From contig JANJGN010000001.1 of NCBI GenBank assembly GCA_026770705.1, forward strand, positions 38,378,001-38,442,000: DNA of 64,000 nt. The letters are read 5' to 3'. The notes under the pieces are model-generated. The model was not told the origin of the DNA and made no database searches. It saw nothing but the letters and a program-made list of their open reading frames with translations. Of the stretch, positions 48,796-62,034 are shown in pieces. The DNA is from Isurus oxyrinchus (taxonomy: Eukaryota). Positions within the stretch are counted from its first letter, which is position 1. Every line of letters starts with the position of its first letter. The position numbers were made by a program, and so were the translations under genes.

Positions 48796-49473
48796 GGCCA
48801 GGGTTTCCCAGTCGGCGAGTGGGGGGCGGGGCTCACCAACACATAAAATGATGCGGGATGACATCAGGTGGAATTCCCGACATCACCCCGCATCATTTCA
48901 ATTTTCAGGTCGTATCAGCTGTGCGCCCGCCAACCTGTCAATGGCCTATTGAGGCCATTTACAAAGTAATTAAAGTAATTAGTGGACCTTCCCCTCCAAT
49001 CTTAAGGTTGGTGGGCAGGCCAGGAGTCCTGGTGGGCATTTGAAAAAGCATGAAGCCTCATACACAGGTGGGATGAGGTTTCATGTAGGTTATTAAAAGT
49101 TTAATTAAAGTGTATTTAAAAGTGATGGACATGTCCTAACTCATGTGACAATGTCACATGAAGGGACGTCAGCAATTTTTTTTTTCTGTTTTTGAGATTT
49201 GTTATTGTGGAAGCGATCTCCCTGAGGCAACACTTAGCCTCAGGGAGATGAGTGCGCTCTTTCGTGTGCATGTGTGAAAGAGCACACTCTCGGCTCAGGG
49301 AATTCCGCACCCCCCACACACAGGGAATGCACAGTGCTTCCTTGCAGACGTCACATAAGGCGGGCCTTAATTGGCCCACCCACGTAAAATGGCAGTGCAC
49401 CCCTGATCGGGGGCACCGATCAGAGGTACTTCCGCTCCTGAACTTCCCCCCCAATGGGGGGAATGCTCTGCCC
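48796..49473. mobile_element. Harbinger-type MITE
   Basis: Imperfect GGCCAG.../...CTGCCC termini, with ATG on both flanks. Confidence 0.7.
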
Positions 49474-50577
49474 ATGATAATGATATACAAGCGAATGTTC
49501 ATAGGGGATATCATGTCTTCTACTAGGAAGCGCAGGCCAGGAGTAGGCATTGGAGGAGTGGATGGTGCAGCAGCGGGGCAGGACTGTTGGTATGGAGAAA
49601 AATGTCTGAAAATTGACCAGTGTTTTGAGAAGCAGCCAGAGATATGTGCAGGTGACTATCGGCAGAATAGCAAAACATAACACTTTTAAACGTACTTCCC
49701 AGCTGCAGATATCTGTATTCAAAGATATCAGAACACTTCTGCAGCAGGAAATCCAAACAGCTGGATCTACTGCAGCTTGATGTGGCTCAGTTGTTTTACC
49801 AAGTGCGGCAGCAGTGAAAACTCAGGAAATATAGACCTGCTTTACCACAGGTTCTCACCCTGCATATGGAAATAAGGCCAGTGGCAACTCAGCAAAGGGA
49901 TTGCAGGAGGGTTCCAGAAATGCAAGGGAGCTCAGGAAAACCTTTTTTAAGCAAGAAAAGCCTTCCACCTGAACTATCTCACTAAAAAAAAAAAATTCCT
50001 ACACCAGAAATAATGAGGAAACTCATTCATTAGCGCACTCGTTTTTCAAAGTCCCAATTTTTATGGCAGTTTATTTGCAAGTTCCACTTATATTATTGGA
50101 GTATTACAGGTTTATATATCTTTGTTAGTTCCAAAGATTCTGTTTATATACTTTTAACCTTTGCTCCTTTCTATAATTATCACATGTAAAATAATGTGTT
50201 TTACCATTTTACAACATAATTGCCTAGATTTTGATCGATGTAGATATACGTGAAAATTTCCTTGCAGTCCCTGGAATACATGCCCAACTTGTTTTTGTAT
50301 ATTGATACCTAATTTGAGAATGGTATATTATATCTCACTTGCAAACAAGATTCATAAACATTCCTACTGCCAGTGCAAATTGGGGAAATGTCTATGTGGA
50401 AGATAGCTTCTGTAGATCAGCCTGCAGTGTTTTCTTTTTTCAAATATGTGCCCCATTCCACCATTCCATGTGCTAATATTATACTTTCTTTCAAGTGAAG
50501 TCAGGAGATGATGACTGAATTGAGAATTTGTTTTTGGCGGGAGGGCGAGGTGGATCAACCATTAGATGCAAATAGGT

Positions 50578-51190
50578 AAAGGCAAAATACTGCAGATGCT
50601 GGAAATCTGAAACAAAAACAGGAAATGCTGGAAAAACTCAGCAGGGCTAACAGCATCTGTGGAAAGAAAAACAGAGTTAATGTTTCAAATCCATATGACT
50701 CTTCTTCAGAGCTAAAGAGAAGTAAAAATGTGATGAAATTTATACTGTTTAAATGGGGTGGAGCAGGTAAAGCTGGATAGAAGGCCAGCCATAGGTGGGG
50801 GCAAAGGAGGGATTGACAAAGATGTCATGAACAAAAGGACAAAGGGGTGTTAATGGTAGCGGTACTGGCTAAAGAAGGTGCTGATGGTGGCATAAAGGTA
50901 AGAAAGCAGAATATGATAATAGCAGGACAAGGGTAAGTACTCTGGAAAAAAACAACATGAAGAAGTGACAGATGGCCCTAGTGGGGATGGGATGGGGGGG
51001 GGAGGGGACAATGGTGGGAAAAAAGATAGAAAATAGGATAAAAGATAGGGATAAAACAATGAATAAAAATGGAAGTGAATTAAAATAAAACTAAGTGGAT
51101 TAAAAAATAAAAATTAAAAAATATAAATGAATATTGGAAAAAGGGGATAAAAAAGCAGTGAGGATGGAGGACAGAGTTCATGGTCTGAAT
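50578..51190 (-). mobile_element. Penelope 3' UTR/pLTR with a hammerhead-like motif at 50675-50712
   Basis: Antisense homology to 11900-12460. Minus strand reads CTGAAGA-AGAGTC atatg GATTT-GAAA-CATTAACT. Confidence 0.85.
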
Positions 51191-51414
51191 GCACCCTATG
51201 TTCAAGGATAGCAACATTGTAGATATTCTTCATCCTGTTCCAGCAAACATGTCTTTCAACTGCAGCCATGGTAGTTTTTTAAAATCTTGGTCCAATTTTA
51301 AAGCCGCAGTCCAAGAAAAATAAAAAATAGGTTCTTTGGATTATTAATTAATAATATGGAGTTCTTCTCTTTTCTCTGAAGTTTCCAATAAAATAATCCT
51401 GGACTTCAATCCTG

Positions 51415-52917
51415 GATAGCATGTTTAGAGAGGTGGTCAGACCACAGCTAAGAAGTATACAGGCAGAGAGGGAATGGGTGACTGCTAGAGTATCTAACAG
51501 AAACAGGCAGGTAGTGCAGGAATCCCCTGAGGTTATCTCACTCTCTAGTTGCTTTTCCATTTTGGACACTGGTGAGCGAGATGGTTCCTCAGAGGACTGT
51601 AGCAAGGGCCAAGTCCATGGCACCACAGGTGGCTCAACTGCACAGGAGGGGAGGAGAAAGAGTGGAACTGCTCTAGCATTCCATAGTTAGGGAAGCAGAC
51701 AGGCATTTCTGCGGCCATAGACGTGACTCCAGGATGATATGTTGCCTCGCTGGTACCAGGGTTAATGATGTCACAGAACGGCTGCAGGTCTTTCTTTTGG
51801 GGGACGGTGAACAGCCAGAAGTCGTGGTCCACACTGGGACCAATGACATAGGTGGGAAAAGGGATGACGTCCTGAAAACAGATTTTTGGGAGTTAGGAAG
51901 GGAATTAAAAAGCAGAATCTCAAGAGCAATAATCTCAGGTTTACTCCCAGTGCCACGTGCTAGTGAGCATAAGAAAAGGAATAGTGAGCATAAAAAAAGG
52001 AAGATTGAGCAGTTCAATACATGGCTGGAGAAATGAGGGAGGGCTGTACAAGAAGGACGGGTTATACCTTAACAGGACTGGGTCTAGTATCCTCACAGGG
52101 AGGTTTGTTAGTTCTGTTGGGGAGGGCTTAAACTAGATTGGCAGGGGGTGGGAACCTATGGGGAACTTAAGAGTGGAGAAGAGAAAAACTGGCAGTGGAA
52201 AGTAGTGAAGTATCAATTGATAACAATGATATATCAGAGAGTAATATCATGGTAGATAGAATTCTCAGAGAGTTTGATAGAATTAGAGTGAGCAATAGTA
52301 AGTCATTAGAAGGGGTCAGAATAAGAGGGAAAGTAAAAATGCCTAAATCAGGGCTAATGTACATGTATGTGAATGCACTGAGTATGGTTAATAAGACTGG
52401 TGAACTGCAGAGACAGGTTGACAAATGGAATTATGATATTATTGCTATAACAGAGGCTCAAAGAAGGGCAGGACTGGGTGTTAAATATTTCTGGGTACAG
52501 GGTGTTTAGGAGAGGCAGGAAAGGAAGAAAAGGCAGCGGAATGGCAATATTGATTAATGATGGCATTACAGCACTGGAGAGAGAGGATGTTCCAGAGGGG
52601 TCAAGGATGGAATCTCTGTGACTAGAAGTAAGAAATTTAAAAGGTGCAATAACATTGATCGGTGTAGAATATAGACCACCAACTAGTAGCAGGGATGTGG
52701 AGAAACAAATTTTCAAAGAAATTACAGAAAGGCGCAAGGAATATAGATTAAGCATAATGGGGGACTTCAATTATCCAAATATAGACTGGGATAGGAATCA
52801 TACAAAGGAACAAGAGGGGCGTGAGTTCCTGGAATGTGTTCAAGATCATTTTCTGCAGCAGTATGTTTCAGTCCAATGAGAGGACATGCACTTTTGGACC
52901 AGGTTCTGGGGAATAAG
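51415..52917 (+). mobile_element. CR1 ORF1 esterase + ORF2 APE endonuclease, degenerate
   Basis: CCLAGTRVNDV..VVVHTGTNDIG; YVNALSMVNK.GEL..YDIIAITE; GVEYRPP..IMGDFNYPNIDW. Confidence 0.92.
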
Positions 52918-52919
52918 GT

Positions 52920-54113
52920 TACAGATTGTGTTCAAGTACAATTCTGCTGCTGCTGATGGCCCACTGCGCCTCGTTAATGCCCAATCTTGAGTTGCTAGAT
53001 CTGTTCGAAATCTATCTCATTTTGCATAGTGGTAGTGCCACACGACATGATGGAGGGTATCCTTAATATGAAGACGGGACTTCATATCCACGATGACCAT
53101 GTGGTGGTCACTCCTACCAATATTGTCATGGACAGCTGTGGCAGGCAGGTTGGTGAGGATGAGGTCAAGTATGTATTTCCCTCTTATTGGTTCCCTGACC
53201 ACCTGCCACAAACCCAGTCTAGCAGCTATGTCCTTTAGCACTCAGCCAGCTCGGTCAGTAGTGGTGCTACCGAGTCACTCTTGGTGATGGACATTGAAGC
53301 CCCCCACCCATAATACATTCTATGTCTTTGCTACCCTCAGTGCTTCCTCCAAGTGGTGTTCAACATGGAAGAGTACTTGATTTTTCAGCTGAGGTTTGGG
53401 GGCTGGTGCTGTACATTGTAATCAGCAGAAGGTTTCCTTGCCAATGTTTGACCTGATGCCATGAGACATCATGGGGTCTGGAATCAATGTTGAGGGCTCC
53501 CAGGGCACCTCCTTTCTGACTGCATACCACTGTGCTGGGTCTGTCCTGTCGGTGGGATAGGACATACCCAGGGATGTTGATGGTAGTGTCTGGGACATGA
53601 TTTGTAAGGCATGATTGCATAAGGATGACTATGTCAGGCTGTTGCTTGACTAGTCTATGAGACAGCTCTCCCAATTTTGGTACTAGCCCCCAGATGTGAG
53701 TAAGGAGGACTTTGCAGGGTCGACAGGGCTGGGTTTGCCATTGTCGTTTCCGGTGCCTAGGTTGATGCCGGGTGGTCCATCCGCTTTCATTCCTTTTTAT
53801 TGACTTTGTAGTGATTTGATACAACTGATTGGCTTGATGGGCCATTTCAGAGGGCATTTAAGAGTCAACCACATTGCTGTGGGTCTGGAGTCACATATAG
53901 GCCAGACCATGCAAGGAAAGCAGATTTCCTTCCCTAAAGGACATTAGTAAACCAAATAGATTTTTTGACAATTGACAATGGTTTCATTAGGCTTTTAATT
54001 CCAGATATGTATTGCTTTCAAATTCCCCCATGTGTCGTGGTGAGATTCAAACCCGGGTCCACAGAGCATTACCCTGGGTCTCTGGATTACCACTACCACC
54101 ACGCCACTGCCTC
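52920..54113 (-). mobile_element. Family-B LINE 5' end: tRNA-like head followed directly by an APE endonuclease
   Basis: A box TGGCGTGGTGG and B-box-like GGTTTGAATCT. ORF 53360-53857 gives VLLTHIWGLVPKLGEL..QQPDIVIL. Downstream: ILDLILTN..IGRSDHH. Confidence 0.88.
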
Positions 54114-54257
54114 ACTCACATTAACAGGCCTCACTCTGGAACCTTTCAGAGAAACTGGAATGAGGGGAAGGTCAATGATGAGAAGAGGTAAGATCCTGCT
54201 GAGAAATCAGCTCCTATGTTGGCAAGGCCTGAAGGTAAATGAATGACCGACTAGGAT

Positions 54258-55470
54258 TTTCTTTTTAATTCATTTATGGGATGTGTGTGTTGCTGGCTAC
54301 ACCAGCATTTATTGCCCAACCCTAACTGCCCTTGAGAAGGTGGTGGTGAGCTGCCTTCTTGAACCATTGCAGTCCAGATGGTGTAGGTGCACTCATAGTG
54401 CTTTAGGAAGGAAGTTCCAGGATTTTGACCCAGTGAGATTGGAGGAACTGTGATATATTTCCAGGTCAGGGTGAGTGACCTGGAGGAGAACTTCCAGGCA
54501 GTGGTGTTACCATCTGTCTGCTGCCCTTGTCCTTCTAGATGGTAGTGGTCGTGGGTTTGGAAGGTGCTGCCTAAGGAGCCTTGGTGAGTTTTTGCAGTGT
54601 GTCTTGTAGATGGTACACACTGCTGCTACTGTGCACGGTGGTAGAGGGAGTGAATATTTGTGGAAGGGCTGCCAATCAAGCAGGCTGCTTTGTCCTGGAT
54701 GGTGTGAACCTTCTTGAGTGGTGTGAGAGTTGCACTCATCCAGGCAAGTGGGGAGTATTCCATCACATTACTGACTTGTGCCTTGTAGATGGCGGATAGG
54801 CTTTGCAGAGTCAGGAGGTGAGTTACTCGCCACAGAATTCCTAGCCTCTGACCTGCTCTTGTAGTCTCAGTATTTATATGGCTAGTCCAGTTCAATCTCT
54901 GGTCAATGATAACCCCCAGGATATTGATAGTGGGGGATTCAGTGATGGTAATGCCATTGAATGTCAAGGGGCGATTGTTAGATTCTGTCTTGTTGGAGTT
55001 GGTCATTGCCTGGCACTTGTGTGGTGCAAATGTTACTTGCCACTTGTCAGCCCAAGCCAGGATATTGTCCAGGTCTTGCTGGGTTTGGACATGGACTACT
55101 GGACTTGGACTGCTTCAGTATCTGAGGAGTCAAGAATGGTGCTGAACATTGTACAATCATCAGTGAACATCCCTACTTCTGACCTTATGATGGAAGGAAG
55201 GTCGTTGATGAAGCAGCTGAAGATGGTTGGGCCTTAGACACTGCCCTGAGGAACTCCTGCAATAATGCCCTGGAACTGAAATGATTGACCTCCAACAACC
55301 TTAACCAGCTCCAAAAAAGGGTCATACAGACTCGAAACATTAACTCTCTCTCTCCACAGATGTTGTCAGACCTGCTGAGTTTTTCCAGCATTTTCTGTTT
55401 TTATTTCAGATTTCCAGATTTGCAATATTTTGCTATTACCACAAGCATCTTCCTTTTGCTAGGTATGACT
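54258..55470 (-). mobile_element. Family-B LINE 3' fragment with a Penelope pLTR insert (55303-55435, plus strand)
   Basis: TINILGVIIDQRLNWTSHI..IYKAQVSNVMEYSPLAWM; tail at 54258. Confidence 0.9.
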
Positions 55471-55967
55471 CAATCATGACTCGAGGCTAGATGCTAGGCA
55501 GGATAGCCGAGAGCAGATAGAACATGGGAGGTGTGGGTGGACAATGTAAGGCTTGAGGTGAATGGATGAGCATTGTGTAGCAATCTGTATAGGAGTGGGA
55601 AGAATAGTGCAACAGTCAGACTAGTTGGAGGTGGCACCCAGATCCAAAGTCCGAATGGTCAGTTGAGCCATATCCAGCGTATGTGGCTGGTCCTTCTAGT
55701 GAAAGTTAAGAGGGTGTATTTGTTGAGCATAATGCCACTGGGGTTCATTGACCAAACATCCAACCTGCAAGTGCTGGGAGCATAGCCCATTATTTGAAAG
55801 GATGATGAAATTCACAGTATTGGTCCTGAATTTCTGTGGGGTTTTCCTGATTTCCGGTCCTTCCTCCTGAGGAGCAGCCAATCTCCCACCACATATAGGG
55901 TGCATATATGGGCAAAGTTACATTTTCTCAAAGAATCAAGATTATTGCTAATTTGTCATATTCCACT

Positions 55968-57016
55968 TGTTATGGCACAGCCAATGATAAATGCTGAGCT
56001 GTTCAAATCCCAAAGGGAAACTAGAAACAACTGCCACAACTTGTTCTGTAATTTGTATAAATTTTGAGATGCGTGTCCTGAATTCAGTGGTAATAAGAAC
56101 ACCAAGTCTTATAGGCTTTTACAAAATTAGATTAAACATTTATTAAAAGAAGAAATGACTTTAAATACATACATAGACCTATAAATTACTACAATGATAA
56201 TTTCTAAATCACTTATTCAATCTAACTCCCAGTTACACTTTCGTTAAGGCAATAGTAAGACACATAGATTTTAAAAGTTCCAGGCAAAGGAACATGATAC
56301 AAAAACAAAAATACCTGGAAAAACTCAGCAGGTCTGACAGCATCTGTGGAGAGGGATACAGTTAACGTTTCGAGTCCGAATGACTCTTCATCTAGATTTT
56401 CAGCATCCGCAGTATCTTGCTTTTATCTAAAGGAACATGATACCCTGAACTAGTCGACTTCCAAGTGAGTTTTCTTAACTTCAGTCCTTTGAAGACAGCA
56501 GTGTGAGGCATAGACGCTGAAGGCTTTTCACACATTTGTAAGATCTTAAAAATGCCTTCCCTTACACATAGCCCTTGCTTCTTCTTTACACGTATCTTTC
56601 TCTTTCAATGCAAATACCCATTGTTTCACGATGTTTTTGGACTTTAATTCCCTGATAATAAAACCCTCTCATAGCACTGTTTTACCAGTAATCTTTGGGA
56701 AAAATAAACACACCATTTCTAAACTTCACCTGGCTAGGTGACAAATTTCACCCCTCCTTTGAAAACAATTTAGTCTGGTCTATTTCAAAATGCAAATGTT
56801 CCCTTGACTCCTGTGTTTCTAAACTTCCCCATGTTTACCTAATTAACATTTCAAACCTAACCTCTCTTCTTAGATCAAAGCACCCAGACTAGCTGCCTCT
56901 AATTTAGTTAAATTTCACACACACACAGACACATGTAGACACAGACACATCCCACTATTACTCTATTTTACAATAAATTCCAATAATATTATGAGAATTA
57001 TTATATCTTCTTGACA
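55968..57016 (-). mobile_element. Solo LTR (~1 kb)
   Basis: TGTTA...TGACA termini, 4-bp TSD CACT (55964-55967 and 57017-57020), antisense AATAAA at ~56140. Confidence 0.75.
56301..56428. mobile_element. Penelope pLTR mini-insertion (inverted piece + tail)
   Basis: 15-bp TSD AAAGGAACATGATAC at 56286-56300 and 56429-56443. Confidence 0.88.
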
Positions 57017-58012
57017 CACTTCAAAAACTTTATTCCTGCTATCTTTATCCTTCAGTCATTTTTGATCATATCTTTGCAAAAAAGTACCAATACATAGAGC
57101 AGTTAACCAGTGTTAGTGTTCATCTTTTGATTTTCTCTGTTACCTGTCCTTCCCATTGTCAAGTCCATAAACAGCAACATTCCAAAATAAAATTTGTGAA
57201 TGATTGAATCAATTTATTGTACTTTCAAAATTCCAATCCACATTTAAGGTAAAGGAGAGATGGGGGGACGGGGGGCTGGTGGTGGGGTGGATGGGGACGC
57301 GAAAATGAGTGCATTTTCTCCTTAAATTACTACAAGTTTAGTTCCTGTTTTGCAAGTTTCTTGTGTGTCAAAAAGTATGTTATTATGAGGTTGAATTCAT
57401 CATTAATCAGGGTAATGTGAAAACAATGTAGCTTAGCAACGATGCCTACATGCAACATGTAAATAGTACACTCCTTTGTATTCATATCACCATGTATCTC
57501 CAAACATAACTCCAAAACATTATTCACAAATAAAATATTTATGATCTTTTCCCAGTACAGTGTAACAGCATAATTAAAATCCAAATACCTTACTTTCAAA
57601 AGGCCTTATTTTTCATTATATAAGAGAACAACGTAGACAGGTTTGCACGGTGTTCTTTGTTTGAAACAGGACTGTGAGGTTCAGGATGATTGACTAACAA
57701 GAGTTCTGGTTAATTCCTACCTGGAACCTGAAACAATCCATACCACAGAAATTAGTGGCATGGAATCTCCATCCTTTTTTGAGGGTGGTAATCCAGAATA
57801 GAGGAAATGAGGTACAAGGAGTTAGGACAGAATGTAATACTTCCTCTCTCAAGTATTTGGGTTTTTATCCTTATCACTCCCTCTGTTCTGTTTCTTTTTA
57901 AATGTTGCTCCTGATCATGCAGACATGTGGTTCTCTACGTTCAGTAGAGAATTATGTACTAAACATTGTGACATCTTTATCATTGAAAGGCCTTTTACAA
58001 TACTATCTATAG

Positions 58013-61000
58013 CAGGATTTCTCAACTTTTTATGGTTTGAGGTTCTCCTCCAGTGTTATAAAAATTCTAGAGATAACATAAGTAATTTTTCCTGTACAAA
58101 AATAAGTTACACAATTAAGCATACATATTTATTTTTACCTTTCTTACAGATGCTGAGCTATACTTCTGACATGACATGGAGGTCCTTCGACGAGCAGATG
58201 CACATGACATGGTTAATCATCCTGGCTCGGTATTTTGCTTTTATTGATGACATTCTTGAAAATCCAACTCTGCATAAGCAGGATGTATTGAATTGGACCA
58301 ACACTTTCAGTGCTGCAGAGGCAGCAGTGCTGAATTCACTGCAGCATCCATGCCAAAATGTCTCCAGTGGCATTTCACTGAACTTGTTCCTGAGGGAACT
58401 GGCTGGTAAAATGTCGCTGAGCTCTTCTATATCATTGATGGGACAGAGGGTGGCAGTTTAGCTTCAAGATTGTCACTAAAGGGGTTTGTAGCCCACAGGT
58501 CTTTGAATAAGTATTACATTTATTGCAGAGACCAGAAAGAGGCACTTTGACTTGACTATGTCAAAATCAACATTTTTTTCTTGAATGAATGTAAGTGCTC
58601 CAGTGGCAAGGATTTTCCAGACTTGCAATTACCTTTTGAAGAAGATTCTTCTCCCAATCTCCCCACCCCACGACCAACCTACCCACCTACCACTCCCTGA
58701 CAATGTGTAAAAAATGGTGGCTTTTATTTTTGGCACATTACAGGAATGTTTTCCAGTCATTGCTACAGCCACATCATTCCAGATGCCAGTGCAATTTGTC
58801 CAGCTGATTTCTGCTAAAATTATGAAATTATCAAACATTTCGGAAACATGGGATTAGATTTTCACCATGACAGAGAGGCCAGGAATGATCGAAAATTCTA
58901 AATCCAGCCCCCGGGCACTGCATGTTCCATTTTTGCATGGGCAGGAGTTGAGTCAGACCTGGGTTCACACGTGGGGTTTACAGAGGCAGCTGTCCATTTA
59001 AATTGCCAGCTTCCTCCACTGAAGTGGAATTTAGGGAGGTCAAGAATGTGAAACCCGCAGTGTGCAAATTATACTCAATAAGAGGAGGTCTGAACTTGGT
59101 GGGTTCATCTGGTTAGCCCTTTGGAGAAGTAAGGTACCCCTTTGGATATGGTCTCAGGACACCTTTGGGAGAGGTAAGGCACCTTTTGGGATTGTTAAAA
59201 GTGAACATGATTATGCACTTTTTACTCACAAGCCCATTTGTACTGTCACACTGTCAAAGAACTATCAAGCTGCCAAAGAACTTTCCAAGAACTGTCCCAT
59301 TGCCAAGGAACTGTCAAAGCTGTCAAGGAACTGTCAAAGGATACTAGCTGATTGGCATGGACGGGGTAAGGGCAAAAGGTTGTAGATGGGGGCATGGGTC
59401 AGCATGGGGTAATAAAGGGGCATGGGGGTGTTGAGGCATGGGGGCATGAGGAGCCATGGGTGGTCAGAGGGGCATGGGTTGGCATAGGGGAAATGAGGGG
59501 CTGTTTGGATTGTGGGGGCATGAGGTGGCATGGGTTAGCATGGATGGGGTATGGGAGTGTTTGGGGAAGGTGAGGGTGCTGAGGGCTGGAGGGCTTTTTT
59601 TTGTTTAATTCTTTTATTTATTTATTCCAATAAAGTGCCAGTGCACAGAGGCAGGCCTTCAGCCCAACCTGCCTCTCCACTTGTTCCAGGAGCGGTGGGC
59701 CCAAATCCAGCCTGTCCCCCCAAAATGAAAATCTGACCTGCAGGCAGCCATTTTTAAAGGTCTGGTTCACAGAGCCGGGAAACCTCCCATCTCTGTGCAC
59801 CCGATCCGTGAACGAAAATCTGAGCCATGGTTTGAATTTGTTGTTGTTCTGAACTTTTTGTCAAACAAAAAGTCTCCTTTTAATTCCTTATTCCATACAT
59901 GACAAACCGGTGAGAAACTGGGACATTTTATAAAAGTCTGTGGATTCATCAAGTTATGTAGCCATGTCATTATATAACTGAAGAGAAATGAATGCAAAAC
60001 TATGTTTTCTGACATTATCAATCTATCGTTTGACAGTTTCATTTTGATATTGATCTTTGTTCCAGTTCCTTTGCTTTCTGCTCTCCAAGGATTTCCCTGA
60101 TGATTAAAATAGCACTCTGCATTATCAACTACCGCCTTAGTCAGCAAGCTTACACAATTTTGTTTTGCTTTAGCAGGTTTCTGCGCTGCTAAGTAGAATG
60201 AGACTACAAGCTTTTTATTAGCAGTCATTAGTGGATTTCATTATTGTTTGGTACTGGCTAGTTTCTTTGCATTCACACAAAAATGAATATGTTTGTCCTT
60301 GCAAATTTCATGATTAGTAATTAAATATCCCAGCAATTTGGAGAGTTTTAAAGAGTCACCAGGCAGTACTTGTACACAAATTACACAATGTGATTGAGCA
60401 ATAACTCTACTTCCATGACAAATAAAACCTAAATTCAAGTAGGTATCTTTTTGTTTCCATAATTTTGCAGAGTTAATGGAGGCTTTATGTTTTTTTTAAC
60501 TTTCATTGCTATTTCTCAATGTTCTTCTACTCTCACTCTTGAACTGATGACGTAGTTTGTGTATTATGCATTATGGGTTAAGCTGAAATTCATATTAAAA
60601 ATTTCAATACTAAACCCCAACCACAGGTAGGTTATGGTTTTGTCACAGGTTGAGACTGGAAAGTCTCTTTGTTTCCATTCCTTTTTCTCCCCTCCAAAGC
60701 TGCATGGTGTGTGCACTCTCTACATTAATTGGTGTCCACTTCCGGTCCCAAACACCAGTTTAATCAGGGAAAATAATAATCATTTTTCAAACGTATGAGT
60801 AGATCCCAATCAACACAGGACAAGGCCCTTTGAGGGGAACAAAAAGGGTTGAAAGGAAGTCTTGTGCTCCGTTGACCTATAAACACAGGACTAACTCATA
60901 GATCTTCCAACCCCCAACTCAGGCTTTAATCTTCTGGGAGTAAAGTTTTAACTCCCACTGTTTGATAGCGAAAAGCAGTGACAGGATTATGAACATGGTA

Positions 61001-61254
61001 GTGAATAGAACGGGATGAAAAAAAAATCTTACTGACACAAATACTGCTGTAGAAATCAGTGATGTGTCTAAGGCAAATGGTGTCCAACAGCAATAATTTG
61101 AATTCATTGCAGATGCATAGTCTTTGTATTGTTGGGACCATTGCACTCGCACCAACATACAGGGGAGATTACTGATAGGATAAGCTAACTGGTGGACACC
61201 TGAAATCTTCTCACGGACCCCGAGAGGGCTGTAGACCTCTGGCTGAGAACCCCC
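58013..61254 (-). mobile_element. hAT Buster/Charlie (ZBED5/SCAND3-like) DNA transposon, degenerate, near full length
   Basis: BED finger LGF..SHCVICVQVL..DSLKLSKL..L.TNH (60241-60438); KLSND..DFLF.K..TTT; W..CTGI..D.AVAMTGKHS; dimerisation domain FW...EF..ALKVL..F.TS.LC..GFS..IKAKYR. TIR-like ends CAGGATTTCTCAAC / GCTGAGAACCCC. Confidence 0.82.
58851..59826. mobile_element. Harbinger-type MITE inserted in the hAT transposase
   Basis: TIRs GGATTAGATTTTC / GAAAATCTGAGCC, TSD ATG, internal ~11-bp (ACTGTCAAAG) and GGGCAT repeats. Confidence 0.8.
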
Positions 61255-61760
61255 CCAATCTATAGGATTAACTGTACTGCTGATACTTATGAGTTTTCAA
61301 TGAATCACATATCTCTAGGTTTGCTAACTCCACTTGGAGGCATTCCTTGAGGTTTGATTATGTTACACTCTGATAGCATGATATCTAACCATTTGATGAT
61401 GCCTGATCATGCAACATTCAATCACATGACATCTACAAATGTTATTGCATTAACCTTGTGAAGATTGGGTCCCCTGTAGTTAAGCATTTTTGCTCCTCAT
61501 TTCACACCAGCAGCTATTGTGCAGCACGTTCTAAGGAGGCCCCTGGTAAGCAGGTGAAACTGAAAGACCCTCCCAATTCCAGAGACCCCGCATTTTACAA
61601 TACAACCCCTCAACTGCTGAGATTCCTTAATTGACAACACCATGATTCCCAAGCCCTCCCGATTCCTGTCTCTCTGGCCCCTTGTCAACAATGCTTCACA
61701 TGGTCGTGGCTCCCTATGAGTGATGTCATCAAGCCTGAGGCCTATCGAACACCAGCCAGT

Positions 61761-61882
61761 GACATCTCGGAGGGAGGTCTGGGGCAGAGGCTTGATAGCT
61801 CGGAGAGGGGTTTGGGGCAGGCACTTGATATCTCTGAGGGGGCTCTGGGGCAGGGGTTTGATATTTCGGAGAGGGGTCTGGG
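61761..61882. repeat. 33-bp GC-rich minisatellite (~3.7 units)
   Basis: Consensus GATATCTCGGAGAGGGGTCTGGGGCAGGGGCTT at 61761, 61794, 61827 and 61860. Confidence 0.85.
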
Positions 61883-62034
61883 ACTGGGACTTGGGGGTGC
61901 TCTGCAATGAGAAATTTTCATTGCTATACCTGCCGGGCTGCTGTGGCAGTACTTGGGGAAGGGACTGTTGGTTCTGTGAAGCTTGCATATCCCACATACC
62001 AAGCTTAGCATACAATAGATGTAGGTAAACATTG

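Noticed and set aside
51962-52003. In-frame 21-bp duplication (SEHKKRN x2), and a 13-bp duplication at 38404-38429
   Set aside because: These are ordinary slippage duplications in dead elements.
57925-58461. 178-aa plus-strand ORF
   Set aside because: It is antisense to the hAT dimerisation domain.
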